Positions 42,552-53,236 of a stretch of DNA of 64,000 bases are shown piece by piece. Position 1 is the stretch's first letter. Each line of letters starts with the position of its first letter. The stretch covers positions 160,001-224,000 of the forward strand of contig OY970320.1 in NCBI GenBank assembly GCA_963716745.1, in the 5' to 3' direction. Under the pieces are notes generated by a model that was not told the DNA's origin, searched no databases, and saw only the letters and a list, made by a program, of their open reading frames with translations. Made by a program: the position numbers and the translations under genes. Source of the stretch: an uncultured Gemmatimonadaceae bacterium. GTDB taxonomy: Bacteria > Gemmatimonadota > Gemmatimonadetes > Gemmatimonadales > Gemmatimonadaceae.

Positions 42552-43010
42552 GTGAACGACGATCTGCAACCGCTTGTCGAATCGGAACTTGACGCACTCG
42601 GCCTGGATCTCGTCGAGATGCGGCGCGGAGGCTCGCGCTCGCGTCCGACGCTCGAGATCCGGATCGATCGCCGGGATGGCGTGAAGGTCACGGTCGACGA
42701 TTGTGCGGCGGCTTCTCGCGCGATCGAAGCCAAGCTCGACGCGGCACCGGTGCTCGGCGAACGCTACGTGCTCGAGGTCTCGTCGCCCGGTGTCGAGCGG
42801 CCGCTGAAGACAGCGGCCGATTGGCGCCGCTTCGCGGGACGCAAGGCGAACGTGTTGAGCTCGGCGCTCGGCGGCCGCGAAGAGGTCGTGATCGTAGGGG
42901 TCGAGGACGATGGGATCGGCGCATCCGCCGTGGTGCGCACGCGAAAAGGCGAGGAAAAGCGCATACCGCTGGCCGAGGTCAAGGAAGCGCGGCTGGCGTT
43001 CACCTGGTGA
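42552..43010 (+). CDS. rimP: Ribosome maturation factor RimP
   Basis: VTVDDCAAASR, YVLEVSSPGVERPL. Confidence 0.95.
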   Translation: MNDDLQPLVESELDALGLDLVEMRRGGSRSRPTLEIRIDRRDGVKVTVDDCAAASRAIEAKLDAAPVLGERYVLEVSSPGVERPLKTAADWRRFAGRKANVLSSALGGREEVVIVGVEDDGIGASAVVRTRKGEEKRIPLAEVKEARLAFTW

Positions 43011-43034
43011 GTCGTACCTGAGAGGGAGCACGCG

Positions 43035-44381
43035 ATGGTCAGTTCCGCATTGATACTCAGCGCGATCCGCGAGATCACCAACGTGAAGCAATTGGACCGG
43101 GAAGAGCTGCACAGTCTTCTCGAGGACGGCATTCTCGCGGCCCTCGCGAAGAAGTACGGCCCCACGGTCCAGGCCGAGGTGAAGATCGACGAGGAGACCG
43201 GCGAGATAAAGATCACGCGCCTCCGCGCCGTCGTGGAGGAAGTGACCGATGCGAGCCGCGAAGTCTCGCTCGAGGAAGCGCGCATCTACGACGAAGGGTT
43301 CGAGCCGGGCGACATGCTCGAGGAGCCGGTGGACTTCGCCGAGTTCGGCCGCACGGCCGCACAGGCGGCGAAGCAGCGGATCATCCAGCGCGTCCGCGAG
43401 CGCGAGCGCACCCGCATCCGCGACGAGTTCACCGACCGCGTGGGCGAATTGCTCTCGGGCGAGGTGCAGCAGATCGAGCGCGGCAAGCTCGTGGTGATGC
43501 TCAACAAGTTCCGCGAAGCGGAAGCGATCATCCCGTACCGCGACCAGAACCACCGCGAGCACTATCACCAGGGCGAACCGATCCGCGCGGTGCTCAAGCG
43601 CATCGAGGAGACGCCCAAGGGTCCGCGCCTCATCCTGAGCCGCGCCGACGGGCTGTTCGTCGTGGCGCTGTTCAAGCTCGAAGTGCCCGAGATCCAGCAG
43701 AACATCGTCGAGATCCGCGCGACGGCGCGCGAGGTCGGCAGCCGCACCAAGATCGCCGTGTTCTCGAAGGACGACGCGATCGATCCTGTGGGCGCGTGCG
43801 TCGGGCTCAAGGGCTCACGCGTGCAGGCGGTGGTGAACGAGCTCGGCGGCGAGCGCATCGACATCGTGCCGTGGTCGTCCGACCCCGAGCGGTTCGCGAA
43901 GCTGGCGCTCGCGCCGGCGCGCGTCGCGCGCGTGTTCAGCGATCCGGTGGCGAAGACGATCCAGGCCGTGGTGGACGACGATCAGCTCTCGCTCGCGATC
44001 GGCCGCAACGGCCAGAACGTGCGGCTCGCGAGCGAGCTCACGGGCTGGAAGATCGATCTCTACTCGAGCCGCGAGTGGCTGGAGCGCGGCGGCGACACGC
44101 CGCTCTTCGCGCCGCTGCCCGAGGAAGAGGCCGCGGTGGTGGATGTGCGGCTCTCCGAGATCGAGGGCCTCGGCCCGGCAACGGTGGCCGTGCTGGAAGA
44201 AGCCGGCTACAAGACGCTGAACGACATCATGGATCTCGAGCGCGAGGATCTCGTGCGCCTTCCCGGCATCGCGCCGGAAGAGGCCGACCGGATCATGGCG
44301 ATGATCGACGAGCTCACCGAAGAAGGCGGCAGCGATTCGCCCGAGGGCGGCGCGGCGCCGGAGGACGGGAAGGGATCTTGA
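43035..44381 (+). CDS. nusA: Transcription termination factor NusA
   Basis: FGRTAAQAAKQ, EVPEI, DPVGACVG, AIGRNGQNVRLAS; C-terminal HhH repeat. Confidence 0.97.
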   Translation: MVSSALILSAIREITNVKQLDREELHSLLEDGILAALAKKYGPTVQAEVKIDEETGEIKITRLRAVVEEVTDASREVSLEEARIYDEGFEPGDMLEEPVDFAEFGRTAAQAAKQRIIQRVRERERTRIRDEFTDRVGELLSGEVQQIERGKLVVMLNKFREAEAIIPYRDQNHREHYHQGEPIRAVLKRIEETPKGPRLILSRADGLFVVALFKLEVPEIQQNIVEIRATAREVGSRTKIAVFSKDDAIDPVGACVGLKGSRVQAVVNELGGERIDIVPWSSDPERFAKLALAPARVARVFSDPVAKTIQAVVDDDQLSLAIGRNGQNVRLASELTGWKIDLYSSREWLERGGDTPLFAPLPEEEAAVVDVRLSEIEGLGPATVAVLEEAGYKTLNDIMDLEREDLVRLPGIAPEEADRIMAMIDELTEEGGSDSPEGGAAPEDGKGS

Positions 44382-44725
44382 ACGCGGAGCGGCGCGAACA
44401 GAAGCTCCTCGGTCTCATCGGACTGGGCGTTCGCGGTCGCGGCGCGGTGATCGGAGTGGAGCAGGTACGAATGGCGGCGCAGCGCGGCACGCTCGCACTC
44501 GCGATCGTGGCGCCGGACGCCGCCGAGAACAGCCGGAAGAAGGTGCTGCCGCTCCTGGCAGCGAAGAAGATCTTCGTGCTAGAGGGACCGCGTGCCGCGG
44601 CGTTGGGTGCCGCGGTCGGACGTGAGAGCGCGGCGGCAGTTGGGATCGTCGATCGAAATCTGGCGCGCGGCATTCGGGCCGCGGCGGAAACGGGCTCAGT
44701 CGAGCCCCGAGGGAGGAAGGTTTGA
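44378..44725 (+). CDS. L7Ae/YlxQ-like RNA-binding protein
   Basis: KLLGLIGLG...APDAAENSRKK...LGAAVGR...GIVDRNLA; between nusA and infB. Confidence 0.85.
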   Translation: MNAERREQKLLGLIGLGVRGRGAVIGVEQVRMAAQRGTLALAIVAPDAAENSRKKVLPLLAAKKIFVLEGPRAAALGAAVGRESAAAVGIVDRNLARGIRAAAETGSVEPRGRKV

Positions 44726-47424
44726 TCAAGCTTCGCGTGCACGACCTCGCTGGTGAATTCGGCATCTCGAACGATGAGCTGATCTCGATGCTCCGGTCGA
44801 TGGATGTGCCGGTCCGCAGTCATCTCAGTCCGCTCACCGACGACCAGGTCGCGCGTTTGCGCGCGCGCTGGGAGCGCGAGAAGCGCGCCCGTCAGGAGAA
44901 GCCAGCCGCCGCGCCGGCGCGCCGGCGCCGTGGCGCGGGTGCCGCCGGCGAGACCGAGGTCGCCAAGAAGCCGGAGGCCGCGAAGAAATCGGCCGCCAAG
45001 AGTGGAAAGCCTTCGAAGAAGGCGCCCGAACCGCCGCCCGCGCCCGTTGCGCCGGTGGTCGAGGAGGCCAAGCGCCGCCGTCGTACGAAGGCGGACATCG
45101 AAGCGGGCGCCGCCGTTGCCGCGAAGGCCGCCGAGAAGGCCGCGTTCGCCGCCGCAGAGGCGGCCGCGGCCGCACCGGTCATCGAGGCGCCCGTGCGCTT
45201 CGAGCCGCTCGAGACCGAGCGCGTAGCGGCGCGTCCCGCGCCCGCGATGGAGCCGCGCACCGAGCGGCCTGCCGCGGCGGCCACCACGCACTCCACGCAC
45301 TCGACGCCCGCCGCGCCCGAGTGGCAGCGTCCGCGTCCGATCGTGCCGGGTCCTCCGCGGCCCAAGCCGATCGCGAGCGGCGCGCCGTATCCGCCGCGTC
45401 CGTCGGCGTCGTCGGGTTCCACCGGATCCGGTTCGGGCACGCTGCCCGCGCGCCGCGATGACAAGCGCGGCGGCAAGCGGGGCAAGAAGGGGAAGCGCGG
45501 CGCCGTGGACCAGGAAGCGGTGACGGCGAACATCTCCAAGACGATGACCGCCATCCGCGGCGCACCGGCGCGGCGTGGTCCGCGCCGCTCGTCCGATGAG
45601 CCGACCTATCGCGAAGAGGTGGAGGCGCAGCGCGCCGCCGAGGCGGAGCGCGAGCGCACCACCGTGCGCGTGAACGAGTTCATCACCGTGAGCGAGCTCG
45701 CCGCGATCCTCAAGGTGCCCGGTCCGCAGATCGTGGGCTTCGCGCTCAAGAATCTTGGGCTCATGGTGAGCATCAATCAGCGCCTCGACTTCGACCAGAT
45801 CGAGTTGATCGCGAGCGAGTTCGGCTTCCAGGCCGTGCGCGAGGCGGAGTACCAGGTAGCCGTTGCCGAGACAGAGGACGCGGTGGAGAAGGCGGAGGAT
45901 CTGCTCCCGCGTCCGCCCGTCGTCACGATCATGGGTCACGTCGACCACGGGAAGACATCGCTGCTCGACTACATCCGGAAAGCGAGCGTGGTCGCGGGCG
46001 AGTCCGGCGGCATCACGCAGCATATCGGCGCGTATCACGTTTCGCTTCCGAACGGCAAGTCGATCACGTTCCTCGACACGCCGGGCCACGAGGCGTTCAC
46101 CGCCATGCGCGCGCGCGGTGCGCAGGTGACGGACATCGTGGTGCTCGTCGTGGCCGCCGATGACCAGGTGATGCCACAGACGATCGAGGCGATCTCGCAC
46201 GCCAAGAACGCCGGCGTGCCGATCGTCGTCGCGATCAACAAGATCGATCTTCCGCAGGCCAACGTGCAGAAGGTGAAGTCGGACCTTCTGCAGCACGGCG
46301 TGGTGCTCGAGGAGTTCGGCGGCACGACGCTGAGCACGGCGGTTTCCGCCAAGAAGGGGACGGGCGTGAGCGAACTGCTCGACCAGATCCTCCTGCAGGC
46401 GGAACTGCTCGATCTCAAGGCCAATCCGAACAAGCGCGCGACGGGCACGGTGGTGGAAGCGTCGCTCGACCCGGGCAAGGGTCCGGTGGCAACGGTGCTC
46501 GTGCAGAGCGGCACGCTGATCGTGGGCCAGGACTTCATCTGCGGCATGTTCTCCGGCCGCGTGCGCGCGCTGCTCGACGAACGCGGCCGCATTGTGAAGG
46601 AAGCGGGTCCCGCGATCCCGGTGCAGGTGCTGGGCATCGAGGGCGTGCCGATGGCCGGCGACCAGCTCGTCGTGGTCGTGGATGCAGCCGACGCTCGCGA
46701 CGTCGCGCAGCGCCGTCAGCGCCTCGACCGCGAGGCGAAGAGCCGTCGCACGACGCGCGGCGCGCTCGTGTCGCTCGAAGACTTCATGCAGCAGGCGCAG
46801 ACGGACGAACAGCGCCATCTGCGGCTGCTCATCAAAGCCGACCAGGGCGGTCCGGCAGAGGCATTGGCCGACGCGCTCGCACAGCTCACGACGAGCGAAG
46901 TCATGGTCGAGGTCGTGCATCGCGGCGTCGGCGCGATCACCGAGAGCGACATCCTGCTCGCGAAAGCGAGTGGCGCGATCATCGTCGGTTTCCATGTGCG
47001 GCCGGATACAAACGCGCGCGCGGCGGCCGATCGCGAGGGCGTGGACATCAAGCTCTACCGCATCATCTACGAGGCGGTGGACGATGTGAAGGCGGCGCTC
47101 TCCGGCCTCCTGCGCCCCGAGGAGCGCGAAGTCATCCTCGGCGAAGCCGAGGTGCTCCAGCTGTTCAAGGTGCCGAAGGCTGGGGTCATCGCGGGTTGCA
47201 TGGTGCGCAGCGGTCTGATCAATCGCACGGGCCGCGTACGCATCGTGCGCGATGGCGTCGAGGTGTACGATGGCATCATCGGCTCCCTGCGCCGCTTCAA
47301 GGACGATGCGAAGGAGGTCCGCGAAGGCTTCGAGTGCGGTATCGGCATCGAGAACTTCAACGATCTGAAGATCGGCGACCGGATCGAGTGTTATCGCACG
47401 GAGCAGGTCGCGCGCACGCTGTAG
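44722..47424 (+). CDS. infB: Translation initiation factor IF-2
   Basis: RPPVVTIMGHVDHGKTSLLD, DTPGHEAF, AINKID, ECGI. Confidence 0.98.
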   Translation: MIKLRVHDLAGEFGISNDELISMLRSMDVPVRSHLSPLTDDQVARLRARWEREKRARQEKPAAAPARRRRGAGAAGETEVAKKPEAAKKSAAKSGKPSKKAPEPPPAPVAPVVEEAKRRRRTKADIEAGAAVAAKAAEKAAFAAAEAAAAAPVIEAPVRFEPLETERVAARPAPAMEPRTERPAAAATTHSTHSTPAAPEWQRPRPIVPGPPRPKPIASGAPYPPRPSASSGSTGSGSGTLPARRDDKRGGKRGKKGKRGAVDQEAVTANISKTMTAIRGAPARRGPRRSSDEPTYREEVEAQRAAEAERERTTVRVNEFITVSELAAILKVPGPQIVGFALKNLGLMVSINQRLDFDQIELIASEFGFQAVREAEYQVAVAETEDAVEKAEDLLPRPPVVTIMGHVDHGKTSLLDYIRKASVVAGESGGITQHIGAYHVSLPNGKSITFLDTPGHEAFTAMRARGAQVTDIVVLVVAADDQVMPQTIEAISHAKNAGVPIVVAINKIDLPQANVQKVKSDLLQHGVVLEEFGGTTLSTAVSAKKGTGVSELLDQILLQAELLDLKANPNKRATGTVVEASLDPGKGPVATVLVQSGTLIVGQDFICGMFSGRVRALLDERGRIVKEAGPAIPVQVLGIEGVPMAGDQLVVVVDAADARDVAQRRQRLDREAKSRRTTRGALVSLEDFMQQAQTDEQRHLRLLIKADQGGPAEALADALAQLTTSEVMVEVVHRGVGAITESDILLAKASGAIIVGFHVRPDTNARAAADREGVDIKLYRIIYEAVDDVKAALSGLLRPEEREVILGEAEVLQLFKVPKAGVIAGCMVRSGLINRTGRVRIVRDGVEVYDGIIGSLRRFKDDAKEVREGFECGIGIENFNDLKIGDRIECYRTEQVARTL

Positions 47425-47450
47425 CGCCGGCCGGCACCGGGGAGGCAGAG

Positions 47451-47837
47451 ATGGCCAAGGACAATCGGCGCGCCGACCGCGTCGCGGAGGCGATCCGCGA
47501 GGAGGTCGCGATGGCGCTCATTGGCGGCGCGAACGATCCGCGCATCGTGGGCTTCGTGACCGTCACGGGCGTGGATGTCACGCGCGACCTGCGCCACGCC
47601 AAGGTGTTCGTGAGCGTCATGGGCACGGTCGCGGAGCGCGAGCAGACGCTCGAAGGGCTGGCGGCGATCGCGCCGGCGATCCGTACGCGCATCGCGAAGG
47701 TGCTTACGCTGCATTTCGCGCCCACGATCGCGTTCCACAACGATCCCACCATTGAGCGGGCCGCGCGCATTGAGACGCTGCTCACGCAAGTGAAGGAAGG
47801 GCAGGCGCCCGCCAAACGCGAGGATGGCGTCGACTGA
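47451..47837 (+). CDS. rbfA: Ribosome-binding factor A
   Basis: RADRVAEAIREE, DPR, VTVTGVDVTRDLRHAKVFVS. Confidence 0.95.
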   Translation: MAKDNRRADRVAEAIREEVAMALIGGANDPRIVGFVTVTGVDVTRDLRHAKVFVSVMGTVAEREQTLEGLAAIAPAIRTRIAKVLTLHFAPTIAFHNDPTIERAARIETLLTQVKEGQAPAKREDGVD

Positions 47838-48687
47838 CGGCGTGCTCCTCGTGGACAAGCCGGCCGGAGTCACCTCGCACGACGTCGTCGCCATCGCGCG
47901 CCGCGCCCTGGGGATCCGCCGCATTGGCCACGCGGGCACGCTCGATCCTTTCGCCACCGGACTGCTGATCCTGCTCACGGGTCGCGCGACTCGGCTCCTG
48001 CCGTACCTCGACGATGAGCCGAAGGTGTATGAGGCCACGATCCGCTTCGGCACGGAGACCGACTCCGACGACGAGACGGGCTCGGAGACGCGCAGCGCGC
48101 CGGCGCCCTCTGAAACCATCGTGCGCGACGCGATGCCTGCGCTCACTGGCTCACTGGATCAGGTGCCGCCCGACTATTCGGCCAAGCAGGTCGACGGGCG
48201 CCGTGCGTACGCCGCCGCCCGTCGCGGCGCGCCGCTCGCCCTCCGGCCCGCGCACGTGACGGTGCACTCGTGGCAATGGCGCGCGTGGCGCGACACTGAA
48301 CTCGACGTGACGATCAGCTGTTCCGGCGGCACCTACATTCGCGCACTCGCGCGCGACCTCGGCCGCGCCACGAACAGCGCGGCGCATCTCTCGGCGCTCC
48401 GGCGTACCGGTGCGGGCGCGTTCCGAGTGCAGAGTGCCGGGACGCTCGACGCGCTCAAGGGTGGCGAGATCGCATTGCATCCCGCGCGCGAGGCCGTTGC
48501 CTCGATGACCGCTGTGGCACTGAGCGCCGAGCAGGTGCAGCGCGTCGCGCACGGGATGCCCGTCGCCGCCGATGGAAAGGTGGATTCCGCGCGTGCCGCG
48601 CTGATCGATGATGCCGGCGTGCTCGTGGCCGTCGCCGAGCGTGAGGGCGGCGATTGGCGCGCTCGGGTGGTGCTCCGTGATGCGTGA
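47824..48687 (+). CDS. truB: tRNA pseudouridine(55) synthase
   Basis: DKPAGVTSHDVV, GHAGTLDPFATG, CSGGTYIRALARD. Confidence 0.96.
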   Translation: MASTDGVLLVDKPAGVTSHDVVAIARRALGIRRIGHAGTLDPFATGLLILLTGRATRLLPYLDDEPKVYEATIRFGTETDSDDETGSETRSAPAPSETIVRDAMPALTGSLDQVPPDYSAKQVDGRRAYAAARRGAPLALRPAHVTVHSWQWRAWRDTELDVTISCSGGTYIRALARDLGRATNSAAHLSALRRTGAGAFRVQSAGTLDALKGGEIALHPAREAVASMTAVALSAEQVQRVAHGMPVAADGKVDSARAALIDDAGVLVAVAEREGGDWRARVVLRDA

Positions 48688-49612
48688 GTCAGGCCTTCCG
48701 CCCGACGTGCGAGGAACGGTCGTCACCGTCGGCACGTTCGATGGCGTACACCGGGGGCACTGGGATGTGCTTCAGCGCATTGCGGCGCGCGCGCACGCGA
48801 GCGGCCTCGCGAGCCTGCTCATCACCTTCGATCCGCACCCGCTCGAGGTCGTGAACCCCGCCGCCGCGCCGCCGCTCCTCTCGGTGGGGCTCGAGAGGGC
48901 CGAGATCGTTGCGCTCAGCGGCATCGACTACATGGCGGTCCTGCCGTTCACGGCGGAGCTGCAGCGCCTCGACGCCGCGGAGTTCGTGGACCGGATTCTC
49001 CTCGGCCGCTTCCGCATGCGCGAACTCGTGATCGGGCACGATCACGGCCTCGGTCGCGGCCGCACCGGCGACGTGGAGACCCTGCGCCGCCTCGGCGCCG
49101 AGCGCGGCTTCGCGGTGGACGTCGTGCCGGCCGTCACGCTCGACGACGCGCCGCGCACGCCCGTGAGCTCCACGCTCATCCGCCGTCTCGTGGCGGGCGG
49201 CGACCTCGCTCGTGCTGCCAGCGCGCTCGGGCGACTGTATCCGGTGAGCGGCATTGTCCGGCAGGGCGCGCAGCGCGGCCGCGGGCTCGGATTCCCCACG
49301 ATCAATCTGCCCATGCCGGCCGGCCGCAAGTTGATGCCGCCGGAGGGCGTGTACGCCGTGCGCGCGCAGACGCCCGCCGGCGCGTTCGGCGGCATGATGA
49401 ACATGGGGCCGCGCCCCACCTTCGGGGACAGCGAGATCTCGCTCGAGGCGCACCTCTTCGGCGATCCGGGAGAACTCTACGGCCGGCATGTGCGCCTCGA
49501 ATTCGTGGCCCGCCTGCGCGGCACCGAGCGCTTCCCCAGTCCGCAGGCGCTGGCGGCGCAGCTCACGCGCGATGCGGAATCCGCGCGGATTGCGTTGACG
49601 GCGCTTGGCTAG
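48680..49612 (+). CDS. ribF: Bifunctional riboflavin kinase/FAD synthetase
   Basis: GTFDGVHRGH, TFDPHP, SSTLIR, GFPTIN, GPRPTF, EAH. Confidence 0.95.
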   Translation: MRESGLPPDVRGTVVTVGTFDGVHRGHWDVLQRIAARAHASGLASLLITFDPHPLEVVNPAAAPPLLSVGLERAEIVALSGIDYMAVLPFTAELQRLDAAEFVDRILLGRFRMRELVIGHDHGLGRGRTGDVETLRRLGAERGFAVDVVPAVTLDDAPRTPVSSTLIRRLVAGGDLARAASALGRLYPVSGIVRQGAQRGRGLGFPTINLPMPAGRKLMPPEGVYAVRAQTPAGAFGGMMNMGPRPTFGDSEISLEAHLFGDPGELYGRHVRLEFVARLRGTERFPSPQALAAQLTRDAESARIALTALG

Positions 49613-49623
49613 CCGCATATCGT
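49595..49623 (+). promoter_or_regulatory. sigma70-type promoter for secD
   Basis: TTGACG-N17-TATCGT. Confidence 0.5.
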
Positions 49624-49660
49624 TCTAGGCTCTCCCGAACCACTCCCTTTCGAGTAATCG

Positions 49661-51348
49661 ATGTCCAGCATCCGCTCGCGAATCCTCGTCATCCTCGGCC
49701 TCGTCGCCCTCGCGGCGTTCACGCTCTTCCCGCGCGACGTCACGATCCGCAGCCGCGGCACCGACGGGGTCATGCACTCGACCACCGTGCGCCGCGTGCC
49801 ACTCAAGCGCGGACTGGATCTGCAGGGCGGCATGTACATCGCGCTCGAAGTCGATGAGTCGCACGCCGTGGTTGCGAACAAGAGCGAGGCGATCGACCGC
49901 GCGCTCACGGTGGTCCGCAACCGCATCGACCAGTTCGGCGTCGCGGAGCCGGTGGTGCAGAAGGTGGGGAACGACCGCATTGTGGTGGAACTGCCGGGAG
50001 AGAATGACCGCGCGCGCGCCGAGGACCTCGTGCGCTCGTCCGCGTTCCTGCAGTTCCAGATCACCGACAAGACGAACGCGCTCGAGAAGGTGATGCCGCG
50101 CATTGACCAGCTCATTCGCGACCGGAGCGGTGCGATCGGGGGCGGCGCGACGCCGGGCGCTACGGATACGGCAGCGGGCGGGAAGGGCGCCCTCGATCTG
50201 TTCACGAAGCCGGCGGACACCACGGGCGCCAAGAAGAAGCCGGGCGAGAAGAATGCGCCCAAGGCCGACACGTCGCTCTTCGCGACCGGCGCGGGACCGT
50301 TCTCGAAGCTTGTCCAGCCGGGTGGTATGCCTGGCGAGTATATCGTCGCCTCCGCCGACGTGCCCATGATGCGCCGCTATCTCGACAACCCCGAAGTGCA
50401 GGCCGCGCTGCCGCCTGGCAAGTCCGTGCACTGGGGCGTGGATGAGACGACGCCCGGTGCTCCGCCGCCGGCGTCCTCCTCGTTCTACGTGGTGGACTCG
50501 CGGCCGATCATCACCGGCGAATATCTCGTCGATGCGAAGCCGGTCACCGATCCGATCGAAGGCACCGTCGTCGAGCTTCACGCTGAACAACGAAGGCGGC
50601 CGCCGCTTCCGCGAAGAGACCGGCAAGCACGTAGGCGACTACATGGCGATCGTCCTCGACGATCGCGTGATGGGCCGTCCGCCGGTGATCCAGAGCGCGA
50701 TCGGCACGCGCGGCCAGATCACGATGAAGGGACAGCCGCTGCAAAAGGTGCAGGACCTCGCGCTCGTGCTGCGTGCGGGCGCGCTGCCCGTGCCGCTCAA
50801 AGTGGTGGAGTCGAGCACGGTGGGCCCGAGCCTCGGCGAAGACTCCATTCGCGACGGCGCGCGCGCCGGCGCGGCCGGCGTCGCGCTCGTGATCATCATC
50901 ATGATCGGCTACTACCGGTTCTCCGGCGTGCTCGCGGTCACTGCGCTCACGCTGTACCTGCTCTGGACGCTCGCGCTCCTCGCCGGACTCGACGCCGTGC
51001 TCACGCTGCCGGGGCTCGCTGGACTCGTGCTCTCGGTGGGCATCGCGGTGGACGCGAACGTGCTGATCTTCGAGCGCATTCGAGAGGAGCTCGATCACGG
51101 CAAGAGCGTGCGCGCCGCCATCGATGAGGGCTTCAAGCACGCGATGAGCGCGATCATCGACTCGAACGTCTCCACCGCGCTCACCGCGCTCGTGCTCTAT
51201 CGAGGTCGGCACCGGTCCGGTGCGCGGCTTCGCCGTCACCCTCCTCGCCGGCATCGCGGCGTCGATGGTCAGCGCCATCTACGTCGTCCGCACCTTCTTC
51301 CTGATCTGGCTCAGCCGCCGTCGGGACGCCCAGACTCTGAGCATCTGA
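49661..51348 (+). CDS. secD: Protein translocase subunit SecD (apparent indels ~50576, ~51201)
   Basis: [46 protein letters not shown]. Confidence 0.95.
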
Positions 51349-52354
51349 TGATCCGCATCCTGCATGGAACCACGATCGATTTCATCCGCCTCTGGAAGAT
51401 CACGACGGCGGTCACGCTGGCGTTCATCGTGCCCGGGCTGATCCTCATCGCGGTCAAGGGCTACAACTACAGCATCGAGTTCACCGGCGGTACGTCGATG
51501 CAGGTGGCCTTCCACAAGCCGCCGCAGGTCGCCGAGATGCGGTCGGTGATCGACGGCGCCGGCGTGCGCGGCGAGGAGATCACGCAGTTCGGCGCCGACA
51601 CCGTGTATCTCGATCCGCGTCCAGGACTCCCGCACGGTCGCCGAGCTGGAAGCGCGGCGCCGAGCGGATCGCCGACCGCATCGACTCGGCGCTCGTACGT
51701 CACTACGGCGCGGGCTCGTTCACCGTCGTCGGCACGGGCGCGGTGGGACCCAAGGTGGGAGGCGAACTCCGGCAGAAGGCGCTCCTCGCCATCCTCATCT
51801 CGTTCGTGGTGACGCTCATCTACCTGGCGTTCCGCTTCGAGACGCGCTTCGGCGTCGCCGCCGTGATCGCAACCGCGCACGATATCCTCGCGACGCTCGC
51901 GTTCATCAAGTACATGAACCTCGAGGTGTCGCTCGTCGTCGTCGGCGGCATCCTCACGATGATCGGCTATTCGTTGAACGACACGATCATCATCTTCGAC
52001 CGTGTGCGCGAGAACCTGCACAAGTTCAAGCGCGAGGCGTTCTACGATACGCTGAACCGGTCGGTGAACGAGACGCTGCCGCGCTCGGTGCTGACGCACG
52101 CCACGACCTTCGCCACGCTGCTCGCGCTCACGCTGCTCGGCGGCGAAGTGCTGCGTCCGTTCGCACTGGTCATGCTCTTCGGCGTCGTCACGGGAACGTT
52201 CAGCTCGATCTATGTCGCGTCGCCCATCCTGCTGTGGATCGAGAACAAGTGGCCGCGCGCCATGGGCGAGACGGGCGGCGTCGGCATGAAGCCGCTGCGG
52301 GAGATGGACAAGCACCACGCCATCGAACCGAAACGCTCGCCGGCCGCACGCTGA
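51348..52354 (+). CDS. secF: Protein translocase subunit SecF (apparent indels ~51611, ~51655)
   Basis: [42 protein letters not shown]. Confidence 0.95.
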
Positions 52355-52400
52355 TCAACCCGCCGCCGCCCTCCCGGGCGGCGGTGTCGCATCGGGAGCC

Positions 52401-53163
52401 ATGTTCATCGACAGTCATGCGCACCTCGCCGATCCCGCCTTCGATCCTGACCGCGACGCGGTGATCGAGCGCGCGTTCACGGCGGGTGCGGAGGCGATCG
52501 TGTGCATCGGGGAGTCGCTCGCCGCGGCCGGGCGCGCCGCCGCGATCGCCAAGGCGCACCCGGGCCGCGTCGCGTTCACGGCGGGCGTGCACCCGCATGA
52601 TGCCGATGAGTTCGACGCAACGCGCGATGTGCCGCTCATCGAGGCCGCACTCGACGCCGGTGCCGCGGCGGTGGGTGAGTGCGGGCTCGACTACCACTAC
52701 GATCATTCGCCGCGCGAAGCGCAGCGTGCGGCGTTCCGCGCGCAACTCGAAGTCGCCGCGCGGCGCCACGCGCCCGTGGTGGTGCATACGCGCGAGGCCG
52801 AAGACGATACGCGCGCGATGATCTCGGCGGCTGCCGGTGTCACCGGAGTCCTCCATTGCTACACGGGCACCACCTCGCTCGCCGAGCACGCCCTCGCCGC
52901 CGGCTGGTACGTCTCCTTCAGCGGCATCATCACGTTCAAGAAATGGACGGACGACGCGCTCCTCCGCCTCGTGCCCGACGACCGCCTGCTCGTCGAGTCC
53001 GACGCGCCCTTCCTCGCGCCCGTCCCGCATCGCGGCAAGCGCAACGAGACCGGCCTTCGTGCCACTCACCATCGCGCGTCTCGCCGCCGCCCGCGGCATG
53101 CCTCCAGACGAGTTGGCAGCAGTCACCGCCGCGAACGCGCGGCGCTTGTTCCGCCTCGCCTAG
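52401..53163 (+). CDS. tatD: TatD-family hydrolase (apparent indel ~53049)
   Basis: [32 protein letters not shown]. Confidence 0.93.
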
Positions 53164-53186
53164 CGGAGGCTCGCGTCGAACGGGTA

Positions 53187-53229
53187 GTTTCCCGCGTCCC
53201 GCCCGAGTCCCGAATCCCGAATCCCGAGC
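53187..53229 (+). repeat. Heptamer tandem repeat (CCCGAAT/CCCGAGT-like) in the fhs leader
   Basis: tcccgcg tcccg cccgagt cccgaat cccgaat cccgagc. Confidence 0.7.
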
Positions 53230-53236
53230 CGTTCAC

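Noticed and set aside
44722..45660. Low-complexity IF-2 N-terminus as an insertion
   Set aside because: A variable Ala/Pro/Lys-rich linker is normal for IF-2.
52361..52386. GC hairpin after secF as a terminator
   Set aside because: 11-bp stem but no U tract, and only 14 nt before tatD; function not supportable.
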